Source: Solirubrobacterales bacterium (lineage in GTDB: Bacteria > Actinomycetota > Thermoleophilia > Solirubrobacterales > 70-9). Taken from it: DNA of 48,960 nt. The stretch is from the NCBI GenBank assembly GCA_036557385.1, contig DATBHQ010000134.1, positions 1-48,960 of the forward strand, in the 5' to 3' direction. The translations under genes were made by a program, and so were the position numbers. This document shows, in pieces, positions 25,128 to 33,374 of the stretch (position 1 is its first letter; every line of letters starts with the position of its first letter). The notes below the pieces were generated by a model, which was not told where the DNA came from, ran no database searches, and saw only the letters and a list, made by a program, of their open reading frames with translations.

Positions 25128-25952
25128 TCAGCCGGGCCCCATCGATGTGAAGTCACAGCTCGCGAGGACGAGGCCCGCGACGAGCAGGGGTTCTCGCACG
25201 TGCCTCGTTCGATCCAGCATCTCCCACGCGGCCGTACCGCGCAGGGCCCGGATCATCCCCGCCGTCTTCAGCCGGAAGCGCCAGGGGGCGTCGCGGTGAT
25301 AGAGGCCGATCCGGGGGCAGCGCAGGGCGGCGACGGGCGCCCGGAAGTCGCCCGGCAGCTCCGCCGCGAACAGGTAGCCGGCGTCCGCCACAGCCTCGGC
25401 CACGCGCCGATCCACCGCCCCGTACGGGTAGGCGATCGAGCGACAGGGAACGCCGAGGCGCCGCTCGCAGTCTCGCCGGGATCCCCGGAGCTCGCCCGCG
25501 AGCTGGCCATCCGCCAGCTCCGGAAGGCGCGGATGGGTCCGGGTGTGGGATCCGACCTCCCAGCCGGCGTCGACGAGCATCTCCAGCTCGGGCCAGGAGC
25601 ACGGCGTGAGCTCGGCCTCGTGGGCCGTGTCGTGCCACCGCTCGATGCCGTCCCAGCACATCGGCCGTTCGCTGCCGATGTACGCGGTGGGCGCGAAGAC
25701 GGTCGCGGGCAACCCGAGCTCATCGAGAATCGGGAACCCGAGGCGAACGACCGAGCGGTAGGCGTCGTCAAAGGTCACGACGAGCGTCCTGCCCTCGGGA
25801 GGTCGAGCGAGCGCGTCGCTGAAGGTGGCGCCCCGGTAGCCGCGATGGACGAGCGTGCGGAGCTGGCTGCGAAGTGCCGTCGGCGAGACCGAGAGCGAGG
25901 CGGGGAACTTCTCGCTCACCGCGTGGTAACAGAGGATCAGCAGCTCGGCCAT
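25128..25952 (-). CDS. Polysaccharide deacetylase (CE4 / NodB homology domain)
   Basis: LCYHAV, VVTFDDAYRSV (TFDD metal/acid motif), GSHTRTHPRL (H-x4-H). Confidence 0.8.
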   Translation of the reverse strand: MAELLILCYHAVSEKFPASLSVSPTALRSQLRTLVHRGYRGATFSDALARPPEGRTLVVTFDDAYRSVVRLGFPILDELGLPATVFAPTAYIGSERPMCWDGIERWHDTAHEAELTPCSWPELEMLVDAGWEVGSHTRTHPRLPELADGQLAGELRGSRRDCERRLGVPCRSIAYPYGAVDRRVAEAVADAGYLFAAELPGDFRAPVAALRCPRIGLYHRDAPWRFRLKTAGMIRALRGTAAWEMLDRTRHVREPLLVAGLVLASCDFTSMGPG

Positions 25953-25958
25953 CGCGCC

Positions 25959-27146
25959 TCACCCTCTGACGGGGCTGTCGACGGGCTCGACCGGCTTCCG
26001 GCCCCGTTGTGCGGGGTCCCATCTCTCGAAGCGAACTCCGCGAATCAGCGAGAGGACCGCCGCGGCCGCGGCGAGATTGACGAGGCAGAAGTAGTAGGCC
26101 ACCCAGAGGGGCCGGGCTCTACCCCACTCCCTGGCGCGGGCGGCCCATCCAGCCGCGGCCAGTGAATAGAAGGCGAGTTGCGGCGCCAGCACGAGCCACC
26201 ACACGGGGTCGAGTGCGGCGAGCCAGACGCCGGCCGCGAGCGCGGTGAAGAGGAAGAAGGGCAAGGTCCGGCGCAGCACCTTGTGGGAGAGGACCTGAAC
26301 CGAATAGAACCCCCCGTGCCAGGGCAGCAGGAGCCCGCCGAGCGAGAAGGCAGCGCGCAGGCCCCGGTTCATCACCCGGACCTTCCGCCTGAACTCCGAG
26401 CCCGCGCCTTCCGGGGAGTCGACCTGCACGAGCGTGTGCTCGTCGAACGCGAGGCGACGGCCGGCCTTGAGCACCTGCGTCGAGATCACGAAGTCGTCCG
26501 TGCCTGAGGTGACGGCGGACGGCCGAAAGAGCGAGCGCCTGATCGCGTAGAGACGGCCGCTCGCGGAGACCGCGCTGCCGACCCTGTCCTCCAGTCGCTT
26601 GATCCACTGCTCGTAGCGCCAGTACGCCCCCTCGCCGCGCGCCACCCCGGAGGAGTCGGACCCGGTGTGGCTCACCTCGTTGGCCGAAACCCCGCCGACC
26701 TCGGGGTCCGCGAAGTTCGCGAGCAACTGGTCCAGCGTGTCGGGGCGAAAGTAGGAGTCGGCGTCCGTGAAGACGAGGATCTCCCCACTCGAGGCGCTTA
26801 CCCCCTCGTTCAGCGCCGTGATCTTTCCCACCCGAGGAAGGTCGAGCACCCGGTCCGTGCCGGCGCCCCGGGCGACGTGGACAGTGCCATCGGTCGAGCC
26901 GTCGGACACAACAACCGTCTCGATCAGCGACCGCGGATACCGCGTGGCGCGCACGTTCGCCACCTTGTCCTCGATCACGTCCTCCTCGTTGTGGGCGGCG
27001 ACGAGAACGCTGACCGTCCTGCGAGTCGGTCGCCGTTTGCGCGGTCGAGGACGAACGCGCCCGAGCGCGGTGAGGAGCAACGGATAGCCCGCGTACACCC
27101 AGGCGATGGTCGCCGCGGAGGCGAGAAACAGGATCAGCGGGAGCAC
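25959..27146 (-). CDS. Membrane-embedded glycosyltransferase family 2
   Basis: N-terminal TM helix, VSVLVAAHNEEDVIEDKV, VVSDGSTDGT, FTDADS (DxD), plus 3-4 C-terminal TM helices. GTG start. Confidence 0.85.
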   Translation of the reverse strand: MLPLILFLASAATIAWVYAGYPLLLTALGRVRPRPRKRRPTRRTVSVLVAAHNEEDVIEDKVANVRATRYPRSLIETVVVSDGSTDGTVHVARGAGTDRVLDLPRVGKITALNEGVSASSGEILVFTDADSYFRPDTLDQLLANFADPEVGGVSANEVSHTGSDSSGVARGEGAYWRYEQWIKRLEDRVGSAVSASGRLYAIRRSLFRPSAVTSGTDDFVISTQVLKAGRRLAFDEHTLVQVDSPEGAGSEFRRKVRVMNRGLRAAFSLGGLLLPWHGGFYSVQVLSHKVLRRTLPFFLFTALAAGVWLAALDPVWWLVLAPQLAFYSLAAAGWAARAREWGRARPLWVAYYFCLVNLAAAAAVLSLIRGVRFERWDPAQRGRKPVEPVDSPVRG

Positions 27147-27149
27147 CGG

Positions 27150-28145
27150 TCAGTGCCCCCAGGGCTCGCCTCTCTCAGCGACACCCCGAACGGGCCCCGA
27201 GCGCAGCCTGCGCTCGGCCAGGACGAGGGTGATCCCGAGGAGCGCCCCGAGCAGAAGGGCAAGGCCAACCGTCCGTGCGGTCTTCGGCCCGACCTGTGTC
27301 GGAGGAGACGGGGCGCTCAGCGTCTCGAGCCGGTAGGGCGGGTAGCTGTCCTCGACAAGGCGGGCTGCTTCAGGCGCGGCCGCGCTCTGCATGGCGAGGA
27401 GCTTCTGATCATCCGGGCCCTTCAGCCGCACGTCGACGATCGTGCTCCCGGTCCGGCGCGTCGCGCTCCACGTGTATTCCGTGCCGCTGCCACCGACGGC
27501 ACTGGTGGGCACGCCGGCGGCCCTGGCGGCGAAGTCGCTCAGCCGCGGGCTGCCGAGCATGTTGACGATCGTCTCCGTGACCGCGCTGTCCGGCTGGGCC
27601 AGCGTCCCGAGCACGTCGTTCACGGACGCGGGGGGAACGTCTGGGCTCGGTCGAACCGCGAAGCTCGATTCCCGTTGGAACGTCTTCGGATCGTTGCTCA
27701 CCGAGATGAACGCCGCGATCGCGGCCACGGCGGCCAGGCCGACGACCGCCAGCGCCCGCCGGATGGGCGAAGGCAGGCGCCTCAGAAGGGCGAGTGCGTG
27801 CCCCGGGCTGGGGGCGCGTCGCGCGAAAGCGGACAGCGCGGCGTAGCGGTCGGGCTTCTCGGGTGGCTCCTCGTTCGACTCGCGCTCGGAGCCATTCCGC
27901 TTCCCGTTTGAGCTGGCCGCCTGCGGTTCCCCGATTCCGTTCGGCGCGTCGGGCTTCCCGTTTCCGTTCGCCGTGTCCGGCCCACGCCGTTGGTTCGGAC
28001 CTCGCAATCCCCGCCGGCGGATTCGCCGGGAGAGCGACGCGGGCGGGCAGCCGACGTGGCGCGCGGTCTCCACGGTCCCGTGCTCGTCCAGCAGGGCCTG
28101 CAACTCGTTGTCGTCTGGCCAGTCGTACTTCTTCGTGCTTGGCAT
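27150..28145 (-). CDS. Bitopic membrane protein with Wzz/PCP-like topology (2 TM helices flanking a ~150 aa external domain) and an N-terminal HTH-like cytoplasmic segment
   Basis: TM1 ALAVVGLAAVAAIAAFISV and TM2 VGLALLLGALLGITLVLA. N-terminal ELQALLDEHGTVETARHVGCPPASLSRRIRRRGL looks like a helix-turn-helix. Assignment rests on topology and context only. Confidence 0.45.
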   Translation of the reverse strand: MPSTKKYDWPDDNELQALLDEHGTVETARHVGCPPASLSRRIRRRGLRGPNQRRGPDTANGNGKPDAPNGIGEPQAASSNGKRNGSERESNEEPPEKPDRYAALSAFARRAPSPGHALALLRRLPSPIRRALAVVGLAAVAAIAAFISVSNDPKTFQRESSFAVRPSPDVPPASVNDVLGTLAQPDSAVTETIVNMLGSPRLSDFAARAAGVPTSAVGGSGTEYTWSATRRTGSTIVDVRLKGPDDQKLLAMQSAAAPEAARLVEDSYPPYRLETLSAPSPPTQVGPKTARTVGLALLLGALLGITLVLAERRLRSGPVRGVAERGEPWGH

Positions 28146-28203
28146 CAGGCTGCCCGTCCTTCCCGATAGAGGCTTTCCAACCCCTCGTTGTCCCCATGCC
28201 CTC

Positions 28204-29439
28204 TCAAATGAGATCTCCGGTCGGCCGGAGGGCGACGCGCGGCCGGTACGACAGTCGAACCACTCGCTGGCGACGGCCGAGGATGTTCCGCGCGAGCGCC
28301 GGAGCGGCGTACCACGTCCCGACGACGAAGCGCATCACAGGCCCGAAGCTGAGCGTGCCTGCCGCGCCGACGAAGTGCAGTCCCGGGACGCTCGATTCGA
28401 AGCCCGGGCTCATCACCGGGTAGCCGCCGGCCACATCGAGGTCCCGAACCAGCTCCTGCGGCAGGAACGGGTATCGGGTGACGTCGACGGCGTAGCCCGT
28501 CCCCAGCAGGACATGGTCGACATCGCGGACGGTTCCGTCGTCGAGAGTGACGCGCACCCCCGTCCCGGATGGGGCCGCCTCGGCAACGGCGCGCCCCATG
28601 TCGATCGGCACCTCTGCCAGCCGCGGACGCAGCCAGTCCGATCCCTTCGGAGCGATGCAGCGCCGGGTGATCTCGGGACGCATCTTGGCCGGCATCCGCC
28701 TGAACAGCTCAGGTGCGGCGGCGATCCAACCCGACCCCATCCCCCCGACGCCGGTCGGCGGCATCAACAGCTGCGTCATTCGGCCGCGCACGTCACTGCG
28801 GTCCTCGGGCGCCAGCCAGACGATGCCCGGGGCTCTGGCGACGACTTCGACCTGCGCGCCGACCTCGTTGAGGATGGCCGCTGACTCGAGGGCGCTCTGC
28901 CCCGCGCCGACCACCATCACGCGCCTGCCGGCGAGGGTCGCGAGGTCCGCGTGGTCGGATGCGTGCGAGACCAGCTCCCGCGGCAGCTCGCCCAGCGGCG
29001 CGGGCCTCCAGGCGAACGGCTCGAGTCCGGCGGCGAGCACGACCCGGTCAGCGGCGACCCCTTCGCCGTCGTCGAGCCTGAGGCTGAATCCTCCGTTGAC
29101 CCGATCGACCCGCTGCACGCGGCGCCGGTCGACGTCGATGGCGGCGGCCAGGCGGAACCAGTCGGCGTACTCGATGTAGCTCTCGATGTCGATCGGCTCG
29201 GAGAGCTTGGCGCCGGTGGTCCGCTCGTATTCGTCGATCGTCAGCGACTGGGTCGGATCGGCGAGGTGCGAGGCGCATCGGCGGGAGCGCAGCAGCATCT
29301 GGCGTGGCATGCGCTCGCGCCAGTAGCCCATCGGCTCCCCGAATATCAGGGGCTCAACGCCGGCATGGCGGAGATGGGCGGCGCAGGCGAGGCCATATGG
29401 GCCCGCGCCGATGATCGCTACGCGCGGGTCAGCGTGCAT
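28204..29439 (-). CDS. FAD/NAD(P)-binding oxidoreductase (flavin monooxygenase-like, two Rossmann motifs)
   Basis: VAIIGAGPYGLACAAHL (GxGxxG 1) and VMVVGAGQSALESAAIL (GxGxxA 2). Confidence 0.7.
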   Translation of the reverse strand: MHADPRVAIIGAGPYGLACAAHLRHAGVEPLIFGEPMGYWRERMPRQMLLRSRRCASHLADPTQSLTIDEYERTTGAKLSEPIDIESYIEYADWFRLAAAIDVDRRRVQRVDRVNGGFSLRLDDGEGVAADRVVLAAGLEPFAWRPAPLGELPRELVSHASDHADLATLAGRRVMVVGAGQSALESAAILNEVGAQVEVVARAPGIVWLAPEDRSDVRGRMTQLLMPPTGVGGMGSGWIAAAPELFRRMPAKMRPEITRRCIAPKGSDWLRPRLAEVPIDMGRAVAEAAPSGTGVRVTLDDGTVRDVDHVLLGTGYAVDVTRYPFLPQELVRDLDVAGGYPVMSPGFESSVPGLHFVGAAGTLSFGPVMRFVVGTWYAAPALARNILGRRQRVVRLSYRPRVALRPTGDLI

Positions 29440-30748
29440 CGGAAGCCTCCTTGGGTCGTGCGCCCAATGCGAGCGGTGCTGGCACCGAGCGCCTTCGGCG
29501 CAGAACGTGAGCGAGCAGAAGCAGGGCCCGTGCGGCCAGTGGGGCCGGGTCGGTCAGCCTGAAGAAGCTCCTGGTCATCCGCCGCCGCGGCAGCAGCATC
29601 CGAACTGCGGAGCCAAACCGGCGGTCCGCCAGGCGCCTCGCCAGGTTCCGTGCCTCGGCGTCCTCCCATCGGTAGCGGTACCCGGGGCGTGCCTCGCCTC
29701 GATCGGGCTCGAAGCCCAGGGCCCAGTCGCACCAGGCCGTGGCGAGCGGGGCCCCCGCTCTGGTGACCAGTTCGAGCGAGCCGAACAGGCGCGGATTGAA
29801 GTCGATCACGGCGAACCGATCGCCGTGCTGAATCAGCTCCAGCTCGAAGATGCCCTGCCAGCCGAGCGCCCCGATCAGGCTCTCAACCTTTCGAGGCAGC
29901 CCTTCGGGTGGGGAGATGGTCTCGGCGAACGACACTGCGCCGCCCTCCGGGGGCCAGGTGCGGCCGTAGCGGCTCACCCCGGATGCCAGCAGGCGACCGC
30001 CGGCCGCGACCCCGGAGAACGAGACGACGGCACCGTCGAGATGTCGCTGAATCAGGGACCCAGGGCCATACGCCGGCCAGATCGATGCGAGCGAAGCCCG
30101 GCTCCGGAGAACCGCGCTGCCTCGCTGAATGGCTCCGCCGTTGCGAGCGACCACGGTGCTGGGCGGCTTCAGCACGATGGGATAGCCGAATCGACGCGCG
30201 GCGCCCAACGCCTCGGCGTCGTCCGCGCAGACCTCGGCATCCGGTGCGCCAAGGCCGGCCTCGACAGCCGCCTCGGCGAGAGCCCGCTTGCTGACGCATC
30301 GCTCCACGACCTCAGCCGCCGGCAGGCCGAGCTCGATGAGCCCCTCCAGACGCGCGCGGTGTCGCGAGACGGCGATCAGCGAGGCGTCGCTACCGGTGAT
30401 CAGCAGGCCGTAGCTTCCGGTCAGCGCGACGTCCCTGAGCTCCTCGACGAAACGAGCCCCGTCCTCCCTGGGATCGGTGGACACGAGGCGCCTGTCACAC
30501 GATCGCGACCAGTGCGCGGCCGCCGGGCGGCTGCTCGCCACAGCGTCGACCGCGTAGCCGGCCAGGTGCAGGCTCCTGCAGGCTGCGAGGGAAGAGCGGT
30601 CCTGCGCGTCGGTCAACAGGACGCGGGGACGCTCTCGTCTTTCTGGCGCGCCTGGTCGCGGGAGCGCCACCAGCCGAGCGCATGTATCCGCCGTTACCGC
30701 TGGCTTGACACCGCGCGCCAAGAATTTCTCCGAGACAACCGCCTTCAC
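29429..30748 (-). CDS. ATP-grasp superfamily carboxylate-amine ligase (COG3919-like)
   Basis: RVLLTDAQDRSSLAACRSLHLAGY..., GYPIVLKPPS, LIQRHLDG, GIFELELIQHGDRFAVIDFNPRLFGS. GTGA overlap with the upstream gene, 11-nt overlap with the downstream gene. Confidence 0.7.
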   Translation of the reverse strand: MKAVVSEKFLARGVKPAVTADTCARLVALPRPGAPERRERPRVLLTDAQDRSSLAACRSLHLAGYAVDAVASSRPAAAHWSRSCDRRLVSTDPREDGARFVEELRDVALTGSYGLLITGSDASLIAVSRHRARLEGLIELGLPAAEVVERCVSKRALAEAAVEAGLGAPDAEVCADDAEALGAARRFGYPIVLKPPSTVVARNGGAIQRGSAVLRSRASLASIWPAYGPGSLIQRHLDGAVVSFSGVAAGGRLLASGVSRYGRTWPPEGGAVSFAETISPPEGLPRKVESLIGALGWQGIFELELIQHGDRFAVIDFNPRLFGSLELVTRAGAPLATAWCDWALGFEPDRGEARPGYRYRWEDAEARNLARRLADRRFGSAVRMLLPRRRMTRSFFRLTDPAPLAARALLLLAHVLRRRRSVPAPLALGARPKEASDAR

Positions 30749-31710
30749 GCCGCCACCCGCTCACGCCGACGCTGGGTCTGGGCCAGGCTCCACGCCGCCT
30801 GGCGCGCCAGGCCCTCCTCCAGACCCACGCCGGGCGCGAAGCCCAGGTCGATCCTCGCCGTGCGGGGATCCGCGCAGGTTCTACGTACGTCGCCCCGCGC
30901 GTCCGGCAGGTGCTCGACCTCGATTCTCAGATCGAGCGTCTGCTCGATCTGAGCGAGGGCCTCGAGGAGCCTCACCTGGGTTCCGCCGCCGATGTTGTAG
31001 ATGGCCCCGGGGCGGCCGTTGCGCGCCGCAGCGATCGTCCCCTTGACGGCGTCTTCGACGAAGGTGAAATCGCGCACCTGGGAGCCGTCACCGAGAACCC
31101 TGACCGGCTCCCCCGCGAGCGCGCTGGCGAAGAACTTCGCGAAGGCCATGTCCGGTCGCTGTCGCGGCCCGTAGACGGTGAAGTAGCGCAGTCCCACGGT
31201 GTGCAGCCCGTCGAGCCGGCCGTACACCGCCGCGAGCTCCTCGGTGGCGAGCTTGGTCAGCCCGTAGGGCGAAAGCGGCGCGCGATGCGTGCCCTCGGGT
31301 GTCGGATAGGCCAGGGAGTTCCCGTAGACCGACGACGAGGAGGCGTAAACGAAGGTCTTGACTCGAGCCGTGACGCTGGCCTCCAGCACACGCTGCGTGG
31401 CCAGCACGTTGTCGTGGACATAGCGAGCGAAGCTCGCTCCGAAGCTTCCTCGCACACCCGGCTGGGCAGCGAGGTGGAACACCGTGTCGACGCCGTCGAA
31501 GGCGGCTTCGAGCCGGTCGCTTCCCAGGTCGAGCTCGAACAGCGTGAAGCGGTTGTGCTCGCGCAGGCCCTCCAGGTTGCCCTCCTTGACCGCGCGCGGG
31601 TAATAGTCCGTGAAGAAGTCGACGCCGACCACTTCCTCGCCCGAGTCGATCAGGCGCTCGCTCAGGTGAGAGCCCAGAAAGCCGGCACAGCCAGTGACCA
31701 GGTGCGTCAA
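30745..31710 (-). CDS. Extended-SDR NAD-dependent sugar-nucleotide epimerase, UDP-glucuronate 4-epimerase-like
   Basis: VTGCAGFLGSHL, ASSSSVYG, YGLTKLATEEL (YxxxK), LRYFTVYGPRQRPDMAFAKF (resembles the Cap1J/GlaKP-type signature). TTG start with TTGA overlap. Confidence 0.8.
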   Translation of the reverse strand: MTHLVTGCAGFLGSHLSERLIDSGEEVVGVDFFTDYYPRAVKEGNLEGLREHNRFTLFELDLGSDRLEAAFDGVDTVFHLAAQPGVRGSFGASFARYVHDNVLATQRVLEASVTARVKTFVYASSSSVYGNSLAYPTPEGTHRAPLSPYGLTKLATEELAAVYGRLDGLHTVGLRYFTVYGPRQRPDMAFAKFFASALAGEPVRVLGDGSQVRDFTFVEDAVKGTIAAARNGRPGAIYNIGGGTQVRLLEALAQIEQTLDLRIEVEHLPDARGDVRRTCADPRTARIDLGFAPGVGLEEGLARQAAWSLAQTQRRRERVAA

Positions 31711-32348
31711 TTCACGCTCCTCATCGAGCCCCTGTCGGGTCCGAGGCCGCGAGGAAGGAGCCGCTGCACCGGCTGCGGTCCCAGGCCGCGTCCGCGCCGC
31801 CGAAGCCCGGGCTCGCGTTGGGGAAGGCGGTGGAGCGCCGCTTCGAGCAGGGACTCCAGCGTCACCCCGTCGTCCGGAGACCTGGCCCAGGCCAGCTCGA
31901 TCTGGTCACCGCAAGCCCCTCTGAGCCGCTGGTCGATCCCGGCCCGGGCAGCCTCGTCGGACGCAAGAACGGCGCACACTCCGTGCCCGCGCAGAGCCGG
32001 GATCGGCGACACGCCGTCGGTGACTCGCAACATGGAGGACACGGCGCTCGCGCACCTTCGCGTGGGTCGCCCGTCGGCGAGCGAGATGCTCGCCGGAAGC
32101 TCGATCACCAGCACGTCCGCCCGCTCGCCGCTGCGACGCAGGCGCGCGAGCTGCATCCTGGCCGGGTAGAGCGCATCCGGGCGGTGCCGCGACCCGCCGG
32201 TCAGCAGGATCACGGCCAAGGTCACACCAGTCCCGAACGACACGGCCTGCGACACCCCGACAAGTCCGAGGCCAATTCCGCCGATGCCGGTCAGGCCGGA
32301 TGCCAGTGCCGCCAAGACGAGCGTGGACGCGCGCGTGCCCGTAGACAT
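31707..32348 (-). CDS. Two-TM membrane protein with a possible degenerate GGDEF-like cytoplasmic domain; first gene of the minus-strand polysaccharide operon
   Basis: TM segments LVLAALASGLTGIGGIGLGLVGV and GVTLAVILLTGG. The cytoplasmic part parallels the GGDEF layout: RRSGERADVLVIELP, LRVTD...LRGHGVCAVLASDEAARAGIDQRLR, and LESLLEAALHRL. By-eye only. Confidence 0.5.
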   Translation of the reverse strand: MSTGTRASTLVLAALASGLTGIGGIGLGLVGVSQAVSFGTGVTLAVILLTGGSRHRPDALYPARMQLARLRRSGERADVLVIELPASISLADGRPTRRCASAVSSMLRVTDGVSPIPALRGHGVCAVLASDEAARAGIDQRLRGACGDQIELAWARSPDDGVTLESLLEAALHRLPQREPGLRRRGRGLGPQPVQRLLPRGLGPDRGSMRSVN

Positions 32349-32492
32349 GGCGGCAGTCTCTCTCGGCTACCAAATTGTCAGTGGGGTTCTCTGCCACCCG
32401 AATGAGGTATTCGGGCAACCGCCGGGCAGGCAGTTTCCGCCCCCGGACGACGCCCGCGCGGGGTAGATCTCTGCCCCCGGCTGGGTCGAGGT
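32349..32492. promoter_or_regulatory. Divergent intergenic control region between the minus-strand polysaccharide operon and regulator pair 2
   Basis: 144 bp of non-coding DNA between divergent start codons. No operator motif could be verified. Confidence 0.35.
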
Positions 32493-33281
32493 TTGCTCTC
32501 CCGACGCCGGGACGGCCCCGTAGTTTCCGATCCCGTGGGTGTGGGGTCGGTATCAGCGCTTCGATCCTCGCCGTCCGAGGCGATCACGGTGGTGACCGTC
32601 GATGGCGACCCGCTCGCCCGCCGCGCCCTACGTTCGCAGCTCGCCGCCGAGCCCGATCTCGAGCTGGTCGGCGAGGCCACGGATCCCTCCGCGGGCATCG
32701 ACCTGGTGTCCGATCAGCAGCCGGACCTCGCCCTGTTCGCAGTCACGGCGCGGGATCGGCGCACCAGCGAGGCGATCGGCGACATGTACACGGCCTCTCC
32801 GAAGACGCGCATCATCGTGCTGGCCATTGAGCGGGACGACGATGCCCAGATGCAGTTCCTGAAGGCGGGTGCCGCGGGCTGGCTCATCAAGTCGGTCGCC
32901 CTCGAAGTCCTCCCCCGCGTGCTTCGCGGCGTGCACGCCGGCGAGGCCGCCGTCCCCAGGGCAATGTGCAGGCGCGTCGTGAGCGAGGCGATCGGGCCCG
33001 GACGAGCGGACCGCAATCGGCTTCGCCCGGTCCGCAGCTCCCTGACGGGACGGGAGTGGGAGGTGGTCGATCTGCTCGCGGAGGGGGCGACAACGGCCGC
33101 GATCGCGGGGGAGCTGCAGCTCAGCCCGGAGACGGTTCGCACGCACATCAAGCACGTGTTCGGGAAGCTCGGGGTGCACTCGCGCGACGAGGCGGTGCGC
33201 CATGTGGAGCGGCTCCGCCGGGAGGGACCCGCGCCACGCCCCGAGAGGGACGGATCAGGCCCATTGCCGCAAGGTCAGTAG
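32493..33281 (+). CDS. LuxR/NarL-family response regulator (degenerate receiver + GerE HTH), with Ala at the phospho-acceptor position
   Basis: ITVVTVDGDPL, QPDLALFAVTARDRR (A for the acceptor D; the MPxxxG turn is also lost), GWLIKS, LPRVLRGVHAGEAAV. HTH: LTGREWEVVDLLAEGATTAAIAGELQLSPETVRTHIKHVFGKLGVHSRDEAV. Start uncertain (TTG 32493 or GTG 32535). Confidence 0.75.
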   Translation: MLSRRRDGPVVSDPVGVGSVSALRSSPSEAITVVTVDGDPLARRALRSQLAAEPDLELVGEATDPSAGIDLVSDQQPDLALFAVTARDRRTSEAIGDMYTASPKTRIIVLAIERDDDAQMQFLKAGAAGWLIKSVALEVLPRVLRGVHAGEAAVPRAMCRRVVSEAIGPGRADRNRLRPVRSSLTGREWEVVDLLAEGATTAAIAGELQLSPETVRTHIKHVFGKLGVHSRDEAVRHVERLRREGPAPRPERDGSGPLPQGQ

Positions 33282-33374
33282 GGGTTTAACCCCGAATGGT
33301 CGGTGGGGGCCGATTCAATTACCGTAAACTGGGTACAGTTGCGTATCGGAGGAGAGACCTGAGGGGGGGCCGAT

